Below, one piece after another: positions 37,964-50,786 of a stretch of 64,000 bases of DNA. Location of the stretch: NCBI RefSeq assembly GCF_035084215.1, contig NC_090358.1, positions 3,596,001-3,660,000 of the forward strand, given 5' to 3'. Under the pieces are notes generated by a model, which saw nothing but the letters and a program-made list of their open reading frames with translations, was not told the origin of the DNA and ran no database searches. Each line of letters opens with the position of its first letter. The stretch's first letter is position 1. The stretch is from Heptranchias perlo (taxonomy: Eukaryota). The position numbers and the translations under genes were made by a program.

Positions 37964-39772
37964 GTGAGTATAAGTGAGCAGGACTGGTGAATGGGGAAGT
38001 GTAACCGTTGGCCATGTGACTTGAGACTGGCCTCCGTTGGAATAAAACTCGCTCCTTCAGTCACCTGGTGGGTAAAGGCACCAGCTGGTACAGCACAAAG
38101 CCATTACGGTCAATGTTCACATTTTGATTACTACTTTGCACTGGGTTAACTGATCTATCCAGTCGAGTATTACAGTTGGCCTCAGTATCAAGAAAGAAGG
38201 GGGTGGTGTTGAGGGTGAGACACACTGTTTTCGCTCCTGATCACTGTGCAGTAACTCCTGAATGTGTGCTCATGAGGACTGAATTGGGCTCTGCTGTGAT
38301 GCCATTTATGGTTGAATAATGACTATCAGGAAAGACTGAAAAGGCTGGGGCCCTTTTCTCTGAGAAGGCTGAGGGGTGACCTAATAGAGATCATTAAAAC
38401 TACGAAGGGGTTCAGTGGGGTAGATGCAGAGAAGGTGTTTCCGCTTGGGGTAATCCAACACCGGAGTCATAAATATAAGATAGTCACTAATAAATCCAAT
38501 AAGGAATTCAGGAGAAACTTCTTTACCCAGAGGGTGGTGAGAATGTGGAACTCGCTCCCACGAAGAGTGGTTGAGGCGAATAGCATAGGTGCATTTAAGG
38601 GGAAGATGGCTAAGTACGTGAGGGAGAAAGGAATAGAAGGTTATGCTGATAGGGTGAGATGGAGGAGGCCCGTATGGGTCATAAACACTGGCTTAGACCA
38701 GTTGGTCAGAATGGCCTTATTTCTGAGCTGTAATTTCTATGTCATCGCAATAGCTTGTTGATACTTCCTGGGCTCCCATATAAATATGACCCCTGGATAA
38801 GGTATCACAGACTGTCAGCGTACAAGCTGAAGTCAGTGTCTTCAGGAGAGGGGAAGAGAAAATTTGGGAGAGGGAACTGGAGCTATATTTGTGTAAGCCT
38901 GTGTCACTTGTGATGAGCATAGTATTGGCTTCATTTCCATCAAGTTTTCTGTTTGTTACAAATGTTTTTATGCTGCTGTCTTTGTGTTTGTATCATAGTA
39001 AGATTATAGTTCAGGTGGTGATCTTCTGCACTGCAGTAGGATAGCATCAAATCTCTTGCACTCAATCTGCCCACACCAGTTACAGAAAGCAACAAACCTG
39101 TTTTGCAACGTAACCTATGGTTTAATTTCAAAAATAAGTTTTTAGCAGCAGAAGTGCGTACCAGGGAATGGATACAGTACTACCATGCTGCGCAATTGGG
39201 CATTTCTGCTCCATCACATGGGATTGATTCTCACTGGCTTCAAGGCTCATGCCCATCACATTAATCCACGACCACAGCTATTTTAGCAGAAGCTCATCTT
39301 GATGTGGCGATCTGTTTTACTGTCACTGAGCACTCTTTGAAAGGAGTGTTATTCATCATGTGATGAGAGCAGCTCAGTAATCTTTCCACAGAGCACTTAT
39401 TGCAGTTTTCCAAACAGCATTAAAGGCTGCAAGAGGTTTTCTGTTTAGGTGGGCTGCTCCCCCTCGCAGAGAGGTTAGATGAAGAGGAGTGGGAGGAGGG
39501 TTGTACGAAGCATAATCACCAGCATAGACCAGTTATGCAGAATGGCCTGTGGACTCTGTAATTCTGTGTAATAGGTTCTTCCTCTTCTTACCAAGTGCTG
39601 AGTTCCTGTGTCAGGTAATGTACCTGGAGTAAAGATGGTTCCTTGAGAGCAATTAGATGGTGAGCCATCTGAGTCCATTTTTGAGCACCTTACTTGTGGT
39701 TTGCACTCGTCAGAAGCAGGTTGCCTGTTTCCCCAACCATCTACAAATAGTGCATGGTGCAGGGAAATACAA

Positions 39773-40184
39773 AGAAAAGAAAGAACTTGCATTTATATAG
39801 CACCTTTCGCAACCTCTGGACGTCCCAAACCGCTTACAACCCATTTGAAATGGTGCCCCTGTTGTAGGGAAACTTGGCAGCTGATTTGCGCAGAGCAAGA
39901 ACCCATGAGATAAATGACCATTTAATCTGTTTTAGCGATATTGGTTGAGGGTTAAACGTTGGCCAAGATACAGGGAGCCATGGGATCTTTTACATCTACC
40001 TGAGAGGGCAGACTGGGCCTCGGTTTAACGTCTCATTTGAAAGACGGCACCTCCGACTGTGCAGCACTCCCTCAGTACTGCACTGGAGTGTCGGCCTAGA
40101 TTGTGCTCAAGTCTTTGGAGGGGGGCTTATACCCACGACCTTCTGACTCAGATGAGAGTGCTACCACTGAGCTAAAGCTAACAC
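39773..40184 (-). mobile_element. Deu-domain SINE copy
   Basis: Collinear with 9899-10355, with small deletions. Confidence 0.85.
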
Positions 40185-41247
40185 CAGAGCACTGTAGGAG
40201 AAAATTCCAAATATCTCCCTTCTTGGAAAATTGACCCAATTATTTCAACTGATTCTTTTTCGTCTTATGAGGATGGATATCCTCTTTTTCCATGGAATTA
40301 TTATTTTCCATCCTTAATAATCAAAACAGCACTGGTCCTATCAAGATACCTTGTAACATTATTGGACATAATGTAAATATAGCCTGGTATAGTAATACTG
40401 GCTAGGTTTCTAGTCTTGCAGCATATTGAAAAATTTCGCTGTCTCCCCAAAGTGGCTTTGGGAATGCTAGAGCTTTTGGATTTGGCATCTGTCTTGAATG
40501 TTTTATTTGCCAGGCTAGGAATTCAAACCCTGTGGCTGGACTCTACTTTGGCTATTATGAAATTCTGTATTCTTTTTCCAGTCAGTTCTCCAGTCCTCTG
40601 AACTGTGATCAGATGGAGTATCTTGTTTGTTCTGCCGGGACCTCCAAAGTTGTGATCTGAAATTTCTCTTCTAACTAAAAAAATAGAATGCCTGGTTTCC
40701 TGTAATTAATGACAGGCCAACAAAATTGCATTCTCAGGAGCCATGTGTTTCAAAGCTGCGCACTCCCATACTGTCATTAGCAGGTTGTTAATTATGGGGA
40801 GGGGAAGGCATTCTCCCATTTTTATTTTATTAAAAGAAGAATTTTAGGCACTTGTTAAATAAGAAGTGAACAAACCCCTGCCGTACTCTGAAGTTACTCT
40901 GATACTCCTTCCTCTTCCCCCAAGTTTGGACAGTGGAAAGTCAATACAAAGTAAATTTCCCTTAGTGCATTAGTGCTGCTCTAGGTCTAGGGATCCATCT
41001 AGTAGTGGAAGTGTGCAGCTGCAGGTGTGACTGTGTCACGGAATGGTGATGCGCAAACAAGGAGTGCGTGACGCACACGGAAAATTTAATATATTACTAG
41101 TTGATGTCTCATAGTGTTGCACATGGGGAGGGAAGCGCAAGTGAAGTCTTCAGGTGAAGCAGGGTTAAAGGGTGTTGGATAATTGGACCAGGGTGCATAG
41201 ATCATTCAGTCCCCATTTTGAAGTCACACATTCTGTCCTTTTTTATA

Positions 41248-41403
41248 TTTCCATTATAAATTCCTATGTCTACATTAATAATGGAAACTTCCTATGTAAA
41301 TTTGTCAAGCTGCAGTGTCTCCACCAAGGGGAGGATGTAATTCAAGTGTGACGAGTTCACAAAGATAGTTTCTATTGTGAATGTAGGGATTTATAATGGA
41401 AAA
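41248..41403. repeat. Imperfect hairpin (MITE-like) repeat; half copies at ~1045-1170 and ~22670-22770
   Basis: TTTCCATTATAAATTCCTA...GGAAACT pairs with AGTTTCTATTG...TAGGGATTTATAATGGAAA. Confidence 0.55.
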
Positions 41404-41554
41404 AGTTTGACAGGAATTGCATGCAGATGTAAGATTTTTAATGTAATATAGATTATTGAATCCTCTAACTGTTAACACTGCAGTTTGAGAAATGTTTCTT
41501 GCCTTGTTTTATTGGCAATAGTTTTATTTTTTGTTAAATTTTCTGTTCTCTTAG

Positions 41555-41635
41555 AGAGCAATGGGCAGAGGGCAAGATGAGAGGCGCTGCACCAGCCAAG
41601 AAGGCTTCCACCATGCAACAGAAGAATGTTGAAAT
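41555..41635 (+). CDS. MORF4L1: MORF4L1 exon 5: EQWAEGKMRGAAPAKKASTMQQKNVE(I)
   Basis: TTAG acceptor, GTAAGT donor, 81 nt; similar to human EQYAEGKMRGAAPGKKTSGLQQKNVEV. Confidence 0.95.
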
Positions 41636-44600
41636 GTAAGTAACTTGGGATGTTCAGCCCCTTCAACAGCTTTTCCATGTGACAGCCTGATCATTAAAAT
41701 ACTGTTTTAGGACAGTGCGATAAGCCTTGCTAATAAATCGGATTTCTTGCCCTTTCCATACCTCCAGCCCACAACATGCAAACAGACCAGCAAATAAATA
41801 AAGAGAAGTTGATGTTTTGGGTGAAGTCTTTCGTTAAAACTGCAGTTTGGGCACCCCTGATTTAAAGAAATTGATCGGCTCCCCACTGGTATAGTCGGTA
41901 AATTCTGGACCCAGTGTGTTATTAAGCCATACAGATCAGAAGATGCCAGCTGAATCCCCAGTCTGTACTGACTGATCTCATAGCAGCCGTTGGGTACAAT
42001 TAGCCTCAGCATTCCTGGGATAGGGAGGGGACAAATTCTTCCAGCCCTCTGCTAATTGCTTCAGTGACCTCTGTTGGTAAAATGCATGTGTGAATAGCGG
42101 TGATAGGATCAGACTCTCCTGACACTTGGTGGCTAGGCTTACACCAGAAGGGTTCCCACATTGGTAAGGTACTAAAGGGCTTCCCCCCCATCAGTGATCT
42201 ATACCATGGGAAGAGTGTGCATCTTCAGGAGAGGTGAAAATTGGTGGAAGGTGAACATTAAATCCAAAAAGAACAAAAACAACAGATTAATTGGAGACCT
42301 AGTATCTGTAGTTTAAATCTATGCTGAAGAACCTTTTTAATTTCATATTTGATGTATGAAAATTAATTGACTTACAGAGCCATTTATTGCATAGTTGACA
42401 CAAATATCAAGGCCACCAGAATATTCTCTCTCTTTCTCCCCCACCACCCACCCGTCAACCCCCTTTGGCCAGGGTACCTTGTATAATGACTGAGAATTTG
42501 ATTGTTGCAGTCTGATTCTTGGCAATGATTAAGTTGGTTTAATTTATTTAGGTTTCTCTGCTAACATTCAGATTATAATCGCCAAACCAAATTGTCTAGA
42601 GACTGAAGATGAGCGTGTGTAACTTGTATTCTGATTCTGTGATCCTCCCAGAACTGGGGATAAATCGCAGACCAGATGTTTTCCATTGAATTCAAGGCTG
42701 TGCTTTTGTCGAAACCTCATTCATATATAAAAGCTGAGGATTGTGCTGTACGGTTTCCAGCCCAAAAAAAAAGGGGGTTGGAGAGTTGCTTTGCTGTCTT
42801 CCCCTCAAAAGAAGTAACCAAACTGAGGAATCTGGAGAGGCAGCTTGTTGGAATTTCCTTGATACACACATGCTTGAGGGTTTAGTTGCAGTAATTCCTT
42901 TTTTCCTACTATCTGCTCTCCTCTTCTAAAGGTTCTGAATCGTGCTGTGTACTCTGGTTCCTTGGCTGCCAGGTACCCTCCAATACCTTCATTTGGAATT
43001 CTAGACAGTGAATATTAGTTTATTTTACCAGGAGATGTATCACAGTCAAACCCAATTTCATCCTCTGCTGACCTCCACACACCCACACCTTCTGGCAGGA
43101 AGTACCGATTAATGATCAGGAACGGGAACCCTGACTTTTTTTTAAAAAGGGCAACTGTTGCCCTCCCTCTGCCAAGTTCAGCTCACTCAGACCAGGGGTT
43201 GAACCTGCGAGCCGTGCTGGTCTGTGACCCAGTAGAATACAAGGCAAGCTCATCAACTGAGCGATCGGGGGGGGTAACTAATTTGCAATACCTCAGCTGC
43301 ACTAGCTCCGGGTGGTGGTAATAGTGCGCATACAGAAATTTAAAGCGCCTGTATGCTGAGTGTGATGGTGCTGTCTTGCTATTTCACATTTTTTGTCATT
43401 TGGACAATCGCATAATTTCCTGGCATGACTTTACAGAAGGGAGCTGCACAGGTTGCTAAATGAACTGCCAAACCAGAACATTTTGAAACTGTTTCCAGGA
43501 GACTTTTTAAGTGTGTGTGTGGCGGATGGACCGTTAGGGACAACAGCTGGCTGCTTAAACGCACAATTAAAAGGAATTTGTCTGGATCACTTTTGAAAGT
43601 GATAAGAACATGGCACATTGGGAAGTCTTGACCCAATTTTTCATGCTGAGTGAAACTGAAACGATTGTTTTTATTAAACTGCTTACTAAGGGTGAGGGCC
43701 CTTGTTTTGTTTAATTATTTTGTCAAGATTTCTAAGTACCCAAATGCAAACTTGGTAACAAATGCACGCTACTGTTTAGAACTTAAGACAAGAGTACGGC
43801 AATGAAACACTCTGGGTGTTTCAGCATGAGCTTTGCAACGCTAGAATAGCTTGAGAGGCACCCAGACATTGTTCTCCATTGTACTGATACTCCCTTTATA
43901 GAGGTTCTTCTAGAGGAAGGGACCACTCCCCTCACACGACTTAGTTTCCCACCAGTGATGTTTAAGGTAAATGGCTGTCTGGTCTGCCGCTTTATTAAGA
44001 CTACAGGTTGGCTGAGCTCTCTGTACACAACCATAGTGTGTTTTTAACTATTCATTTATCTGAGAAGATCTGTAGGAAGAATGGAAAGCTGACGAAAGTA
44101 GTAATTATGCATATACAAGATTATGTGTGTTTAGTTGCTTTAAATGTGATTTTTTTTTTTGGCAGCTGCTAATCTTGCACATGCTCAATCCTGCAGTATA
44201 GGAACAGTCTTGTTGTCAGACTGCTTCCATTGGAATCTGTTCAGCAATGTGAATTAGATATCGGGAATAAACATCAGTGTCCCCCTCTACCTCCTTTCTC
44301 TGCTCCCCCCACCCCCCAACAAGGCAACAGCTGCAGATAGCCTGCCTGCATACTCCAACTGAAAATACCGGGGAGCCCTGAAACACTTAGCATAGATTGA
44401 AAATGTCGCTGAGCTTGTGTATTATAGTGGACTTCCTCAGTGGTGGAAAAATACATTTCCGGGGGAGATGGAAGACATTTTTTACACATGGGTGATTATT
44501 AGAACATGGAATGTTTTGCCACAAGTGACTTGAGCCAAAGACTATAACATCGTTTAAAATTGAATTGCATATGTATTTAAAAAGAACATAAAAGGATGCA

Positions 44601-45159
44601 GGGAAAGGGCTAGAAAATGGAATGAAGTAGATGGCTTCAATTGAAGAATTAGCACAGGCATGGCGGGCTGAATGGCTTCTTAATGCTGCAGTTTCTATGA
44701 TTCTTTATATGCTAGTTAATGGGAACCATGTTGATGGGAATGCTTTCAAAGGGAATATTTGCTCTGACTGTCAGTCCCAATAACGTGGTTGCTTGATGAC
44801 AGTGGCAGTGTAAAGGAGATGCTGTTTGGGGCTGGGGAGGGGGGCTGTAGTGAAATAAATCCTCTATATCCCCTCCCCCTCCAAACACAGTAAGATAACA
44901 GATGGTGTCATCTCTGCAGCATGATTGTATAATTTTTTTTGAAAAGGCTCTGTTGCACGTAGAAACTTAAATTTCAGACCTTGTACTACTCCCCTGAATA
45001 TGTTGCCGGGCGCGTCCAGCCCAGCCAGTGCAGGCTCTGAAGTTGCTGCAGTAAAATCTATCTGCTGTTTTACCACTGGGACGTGCTCCTTGTTGCTGAG
45101 ACTAAAGAGTCACATGTATGTATGGCAGAAACGTTATAAAATGTCCTTGTCTTTTTCAG

Positions 45160-45185
45160 AAAAACAAAGAAGAATAAACAGAAAG
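45160..45185 (+). CDS. MORF4L1: MORF4L1 exon 6 (26-nt micro-exon): KTKKNKQK
   Basis: TTTTTCAG acceptor, GTAAGC donor; phases fit exons 5 and 7. Confidence 0.93.
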
Positions 45186-46860
45186 GTAAGCTCATTTAAA
45201 ACTTAGCTTTGATTCAAAACTTTTTAATTATAGAATAAAAGCTTCAAACGTTTGAAAGAGGCCATTGTTCATGTACAAGAAAGTCTTGCGTCAGTGTTTA
45301 TCCCCTTAGTTGTCAGGAGGGTCATATTACCATTCTGCAATCAATCTGCCTGGACAGGTCCTTTAAGGTATATGCAAGAATGGCCTTGGCCTGACCCCTT
45401 CATCCTGTTTTTCCTAACTTAGGAACATAGAACAGGAGTAGGCCATTCAGCCCCTGCTGCTTAAGAAGAATCTTATCAATCCCAGTTTTGAAATTTTCAA
45501 TTGACCCCCAGCCTCGACAGCTTTTTGGAGGAAGAGAGTTCCAGATTTCCACTACCCTTCGTGTGAAGAAGTGTTTCCTGACATTACTCCTGAATGACCT
45601 AGTTCTAATTTTAAGGTTATGTCCCCTTGTTCTGGACTCCCCCCACCAGAGGAAATAGTTTCTCTCTGTCATCCCTATTAAATCCTATAATCATCTTAAA
45701 CACCTCAGATAGACCACTTAAGACTGACAAATTAACGGAATCCTGTGTGGAGAGCAGAAGTTGAGATTGGAGCCCTTGCCACTAGAATGGCAGCCATACG
45801 GGACCCATTCATTAATAAGTGATGCTTGGTATTTGCAACACTACAGACCAATGTGCCTTCGTTTTTACATTTGTAGCTACAGATGTGTTTTTGGTGTATT
45901 GTCAGCACATAGTGGCTTGACTTACAGCAAATTGCGATGTTCCATTTCGCTTTGTTGCAACACCGTTATTGTTTGGAGTTTATTGAAGTATAATGATAGG
46001 TGTGCAAAATTTTCATAGTGCGCACTTGAAGTGTGCAAAACATCCAGTAGTGCAATTAAATTTTTTCTCCCTCTTTAGTTATAGAGCATTTTGCCCTTCT
46101 AACCACTTTAAGCTCTAACAGTAGAATGTAGTACAGTTGGATACAGGTCTGTCACTGATTTGTGATAATGGTAAGAGCAGTTTGACGTGATCGTCCCAAG
46201 AATTACATTGACTTAAGGGTGACTTTTGGTGTTTTTTTTGTACATTATGGGTACAGTAGGCCTAGTGAAAAACTGAACTGTTGAGAAGTTTTTCTTAAAA
46301 GCTTTCAAAAGGGCCAACGGTTTTTTTGTGTTATTTCAAGTCAATATTTTGGCCTCATGGGTGGAGGATTTAGCAATAAGCATTGTGAGCTTATAAATAT
46401 TGGATCACTGTGTTTGAAATAGTGTCTTCTAACTGTCCGAATGATGGTTCAGATCGATCAAGGACCATTGGGACTGACTGAAGATTCCTTTTTGAGATGT
46501 GCATTGTTCCTGTGAATGAATTTAACCATTTTTTGAGCAGAGTTAGTGCAGCATTTCATCGAACATTTTTAAGCTAACTTGTTGAACCAACCAGGAAAAA
46601 TCCTAAATATGATATTTGGCTCCAAATCACTGGCAGTCCTGCCAACATACCATGTAAATGTAATGGTAATTTTAATGGGGATAGTGATGTACCACACTTG
46701 TATTTTGACACACTTTTTAACATACAATATTATATTAAATACTGTCCAGTGGGCAATAATTCAATGACTTTTTTTTAAAGCAGTGCTGCAGCTGATGGTT
46801 GAGTGTTTATAACATCAGTAAATTGCGGTGCTTGTGAATAATTTGTTTGACCTTTTTCAG

Positions 46861-46949
46861 CCCCCACAGCTGGTGATGGAAGTAGCACTAGTGAAACGCC
46901 ACAACCACCCAGGAAGAAACGGGCAAGAGTGGACCCCACAATGGAAAGT
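46861..46949 (+). CDS. MORF4L1: MORF4L1 exon 7: (A)PTAGDGSSTSETPQPPRKKRARVDPTMES
   Basis: TTTTTCAG acceptor, GTATGT donor, 89 nt; contains the PRKKRAR NLS-like motif. Confidence 0.95.
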
Positions 46950-47289
46950 GTATGTAGTTTGCTAGAATGTGACACAGTGACTGAATGTGTGTTTAACATC
47001 CAGTAGCAGAACCAGGATTTAAGCTGGTACAAACTGAAATCCTAAGTGGTATTTGACCCCAAATTTCTGGAGTTACTACTGCCATGTTGTACAGATGTAA
47101 TAGTGTGTTTCAGTTCTGCCCAATGGAAATAGTATGTATTGTGCTGTGTTTTGATACAGTAAATAACAAAAGCCTATACATTTGAAGCCTGGATACTTAC
47201 ACACATACTTTCAAAGTGTTGCATTTTAATTGTGGTTGTTCCATTAGTAAATTGGTCCCAGTTCCCTCCTGTGTTGAGCCATGTTGAGC

Positions 47290-47705
47290 TCCCCAGTGAA
47301 TCAAGATACTAAGTCACAGAGCAGAAGGTTTTGGGTTCAATTCCGGGTCTCTTGTGAGTTAACTTATCTCAACCAGAGCAGTAATTGGGGCACTGGAATT
47401 GGCAGCAGTCGATGCCACAATTGGTCTCAGAGCCCCTGGGCTAGGGAGATGAAAAGTCGGCCAGGGTTCCTACTCCTGATCACTGTCCAAAGATCGCTGC
47501 CAGCATGTGCGCTTGTTTGGACACTAGATAGTGGCAGGACAAAGCCAGGCTACAATTTCACCTCCCCCACTGTTGGGCAGCCTGCCAATGCTCACCGTCC
47601 TAGGGTGGCACATGGTCACTTGGAGGAGGGCTGCTGGCATCCATGGTACAGCACCCAAAGAAAAGTCACAACTTTCAGGAGCGGAGGGGAAAACATTGGG
47701 ACAAA
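47290..47705 (+). mobile_element. Third, older SINE-like dispersed repeat; degenerate copies at ~34290-34560, 38090-38300, 41910-42250 and 49625-49800
   Basis: B-box-like GGGTTCAATTCC; recurring ATTGGYCTCAG...CCTGGGCTAGGGAG...CTCCTGATCACTGTCCA core and TTCAGGAGMGGAGGGG end. Confidence 0.55.
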
Positions 47706-50684
47706 AAAAGATGCACGACTTTTCATCATGAATGGAATAAAAATAGCACTTGACAATTCCAGGTGCATTTTTTCTTTAGACGTCACGCCAAAGGAACACC
47801 AACAGATCCTGTCGAGTTGTGATTAATTGACTACAAAGGCTAATAGCAGGTCTTTGCTAATGGCTTTTGCTTTACATGCTGGTTTAGTGTTTCATTACTT
47901 AATCATGACATAATTATCCAGTTCTGCTACAGTTTACCCAAGATCTGCAGTGTGACTGGATCCATATTGTCCTGCTACTCTAACGGTGCACTGGGATTAA
48001 AAGCAGCTCAATTAACTAAGCATCATATCTTATTTACAATGTAAATTGATGTACAAGCTGTATTATAGGGAAGTGACTTGTACACGGGATTTGTGGTAAA
48101 GATCACGTGTCCTGAGCTCCAGTGGGCTTCAGTTCATAGTATATCATAGTAGGTACAGCACAGGAGGAGGCCATTTGGCTCATCGTGTCTGTGCTGGCTC
48201 TTTGAAAGAGATATCCAATTAGATGTTTAAATGTAAAATACCCAACATTAAATTTACTTCTGTTTATTCCAGGGACTGTAGGGTTCTTTTTAAGAATTTT
48301 TGAAATCTAGCCTGAATAGACTTTTCCCTTGAACTTGTTTTTGATCTTGTTACATATTTCCGGTCTGCTGTGGATATTCTCTTGGGTTCAGTGGCACTGG
48401 TTACTCCTGTAAGTGGATGTCAAATTTTTGGCATTAACTCTCACTACCCAGTAGCTACGCACTGTAACTCCCCGGGGCATCCCTCTTGACATAGGAAATG
48501 GATGTTTCACGTGCGTGGTCACGTGCATATCTCTGATCTTCCAGGCTAGTGTAAAATCAAGAAGCTGGTTTATTTTTGTAGAACATAAAAGAATGAACAG
48601 AATAGTATTTCCAGACCTGTTTTTTTTAAACTCGTTCCCGTGACACTCAAAACAACACCCCCCCACCCCACCCGGTTACCCTGAAATGTGGGCAGAATTG
48701 TCATTTTAAAATTTTCTCTTTTTTTGGCCTCTTGCTATAAAATTCAACCCATAATCTTACTTTCCAGCCCAGTGCAAGGCCTGCCTCTTGCAGCCTTTGT
48801 TGATCCCGACTGACCTTGAACATAGGTTTTTGTCCCCTTTTTTGTTACTCTTGACCGTGGGAAGTGATGGGGGATTTTGTGGGGAGGGGGTTGTGAAGCT
48901 GAGCCCCAGTCTTCTCCGTTCAGTGATTTCGCCAGTAGACTTGTCAAAAATAGATACCTCTTCCTCCTCCTTCCATCCTCCTCACCAAAAAGTGGATTGT
49001 CGGCAGATAGCCCATGCTGGTTTCTAATAAGTAGGGCCATCCCTATGATTGGTGTGGGTGTTTGTAGGAAGTCTGAAACAAGATAATGAATCCCCAGATC
49101 TTCCAGATCATAACTTGCTGAGTGAGAAAATTCTCATCACCCACCTGGCTTTTTTGCCAATTATCTTAAATCTGTGTCCTCTGGATACTGACCCTCCTGC
49201 CAGTGGAAATAGTTTATCCCTATCTACTCTTATCAAAACCCCTCATAATTTTGAAACTCTCTTAACAAGTATGCCCCACTCCCACTCGGGATAGATGAAC
49301 TGAAGGCGTTTCTTCAGTTCTAACAATACAGTTCAGTTCTTAATCCGACTGACCCGAAGTAGATTCAGGTGGGCTGTACTTCTGCCTATTTTCTTCCTGT
49401 GACCCAACTCCCCGAATCCAAGGGAGCCCTGCTGTATTCTTGCCTCTTTGACCAGGGTCTGAATGCAGCCTGGTATGATGGGATGGAAGTCTTTCCTCTC
49501 TGGTTTTGAGGTCCCCTATGTAAAACAAGTTTGGGCAGCCTCAAGTTAGTTCCTGCTGGACGCCCACCCGGGAACCCACTGTGAAGTTTAGGGCAGTAAT
49601 GTGGTTCATGGCCCGTTAACAGCCTGTAACTGAACGGTATAGACCCTGCAGGGCACAGCTTTGATTTCTGTCTGTGTTAACGGCATTAGGGGTGTTGGCC
49701 TCCAGGTTAAACGGATGGAAAATCAGATTAGGTCCCTGCTCCTGGTTATTATCCAGTGCCCCTGCTGGAGATGCTTTTGTGTGGATGTCGAACGTGACAC
49801 TCCGCCTCCTCTCTCCTGTGATCGAGACCCACACAGGAACAGGGATAGGTCATTCAGCCCCTCAAGCCTGTTCTGCCATTCAGTTACACCATGGATGATC
49901 TGTATCTTAACTCCATCTGCCCGCCTTGGTCCTGTAACCCTTAATACCCTTACCTAACACAAATCTTATCAATGACTGTTTTGAAATTTTCAGTGACCCC
50001 CAGCCTTAATAACTTTTTGGGGGAGAGAATTCCAGATTTCCACTATCGTTTATGTGAAGAAATGCTTTCTGAAATTACCCCTGAACAGACTGGCTCTAAT
50101 TTTAAGGTTACGTCCCCTTGTTCTGGACTCCCCCACCAGAGGAAATAGTTTCTCTCTCTCAAATCCTTTGATCATCTTAAACACGTCAATTAGATCACCC
50201 CTTAATCTTCTATATTCAAGGGAGTACACACCTAGTCTATGCAACCTGTCCTTATAATTTAACCCTTTTTTAGCCCTGGTATTCTGGTGAATCTGCACTG
50301 CACCCCCTCCAAGGCCAATATCTCCTTCCTGAGGTGCGGTGCCCAGAACTTGATGCAGTACTCCAGATGGGGTCTAACCAGAGCTCTGCACAGCTGTAAC
50401 ATAACTTCCGCCCCTGAAAGATGGGTTGGTGCCTGGTATCTGTGGAACTGTCCCTAGTTGAGGCTTTGAGGTGGGTGGGTGGGGGGGGGTGTTGGGAGAC
50501 CTGTTTTTATGTCTTCCCTCCTGTAATTGTAGTAATATTGAGTATTCATAATACTTTGCAGGAATCCAACTTCAGGTGTTGTATGACTGCAGGTGTGTAT
50601 TTTGAAACTGCAGCGTGCAGCAAGTTCAACGGGAATGCACATCTGAGGAGAAGGCGTAACTTGGTAATTTCTTGGCTTCTGCAG

Positions 50685-50786
50685 GAGGAGACATTTATGA
50701 ACAGAGTAGAAGTAAAGGTTAAAATTCCAGAGGAGTTGAAACCGTGGCTTGTGGACGATTGGGACCTGATCACACGTCAAAAACAG
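50685..50786 (+). CDS. MORF4L1: MORF4L1 exon 8: [34 protein letters not shown], start of MRG domain
   Basis: CTGCAG acceptor, GTGAGG donor, 102 nt; lies within ORF 50421..50852. Confidence 0.98.

Noticed and set aside
47281-47826. 181-aa ORF, along with many other 60-180 aa ORFs in the track
   Set aside because: They overlap SINE/LINE copies or are antisense/alternative frames of real coding sequence; no domain signatures.
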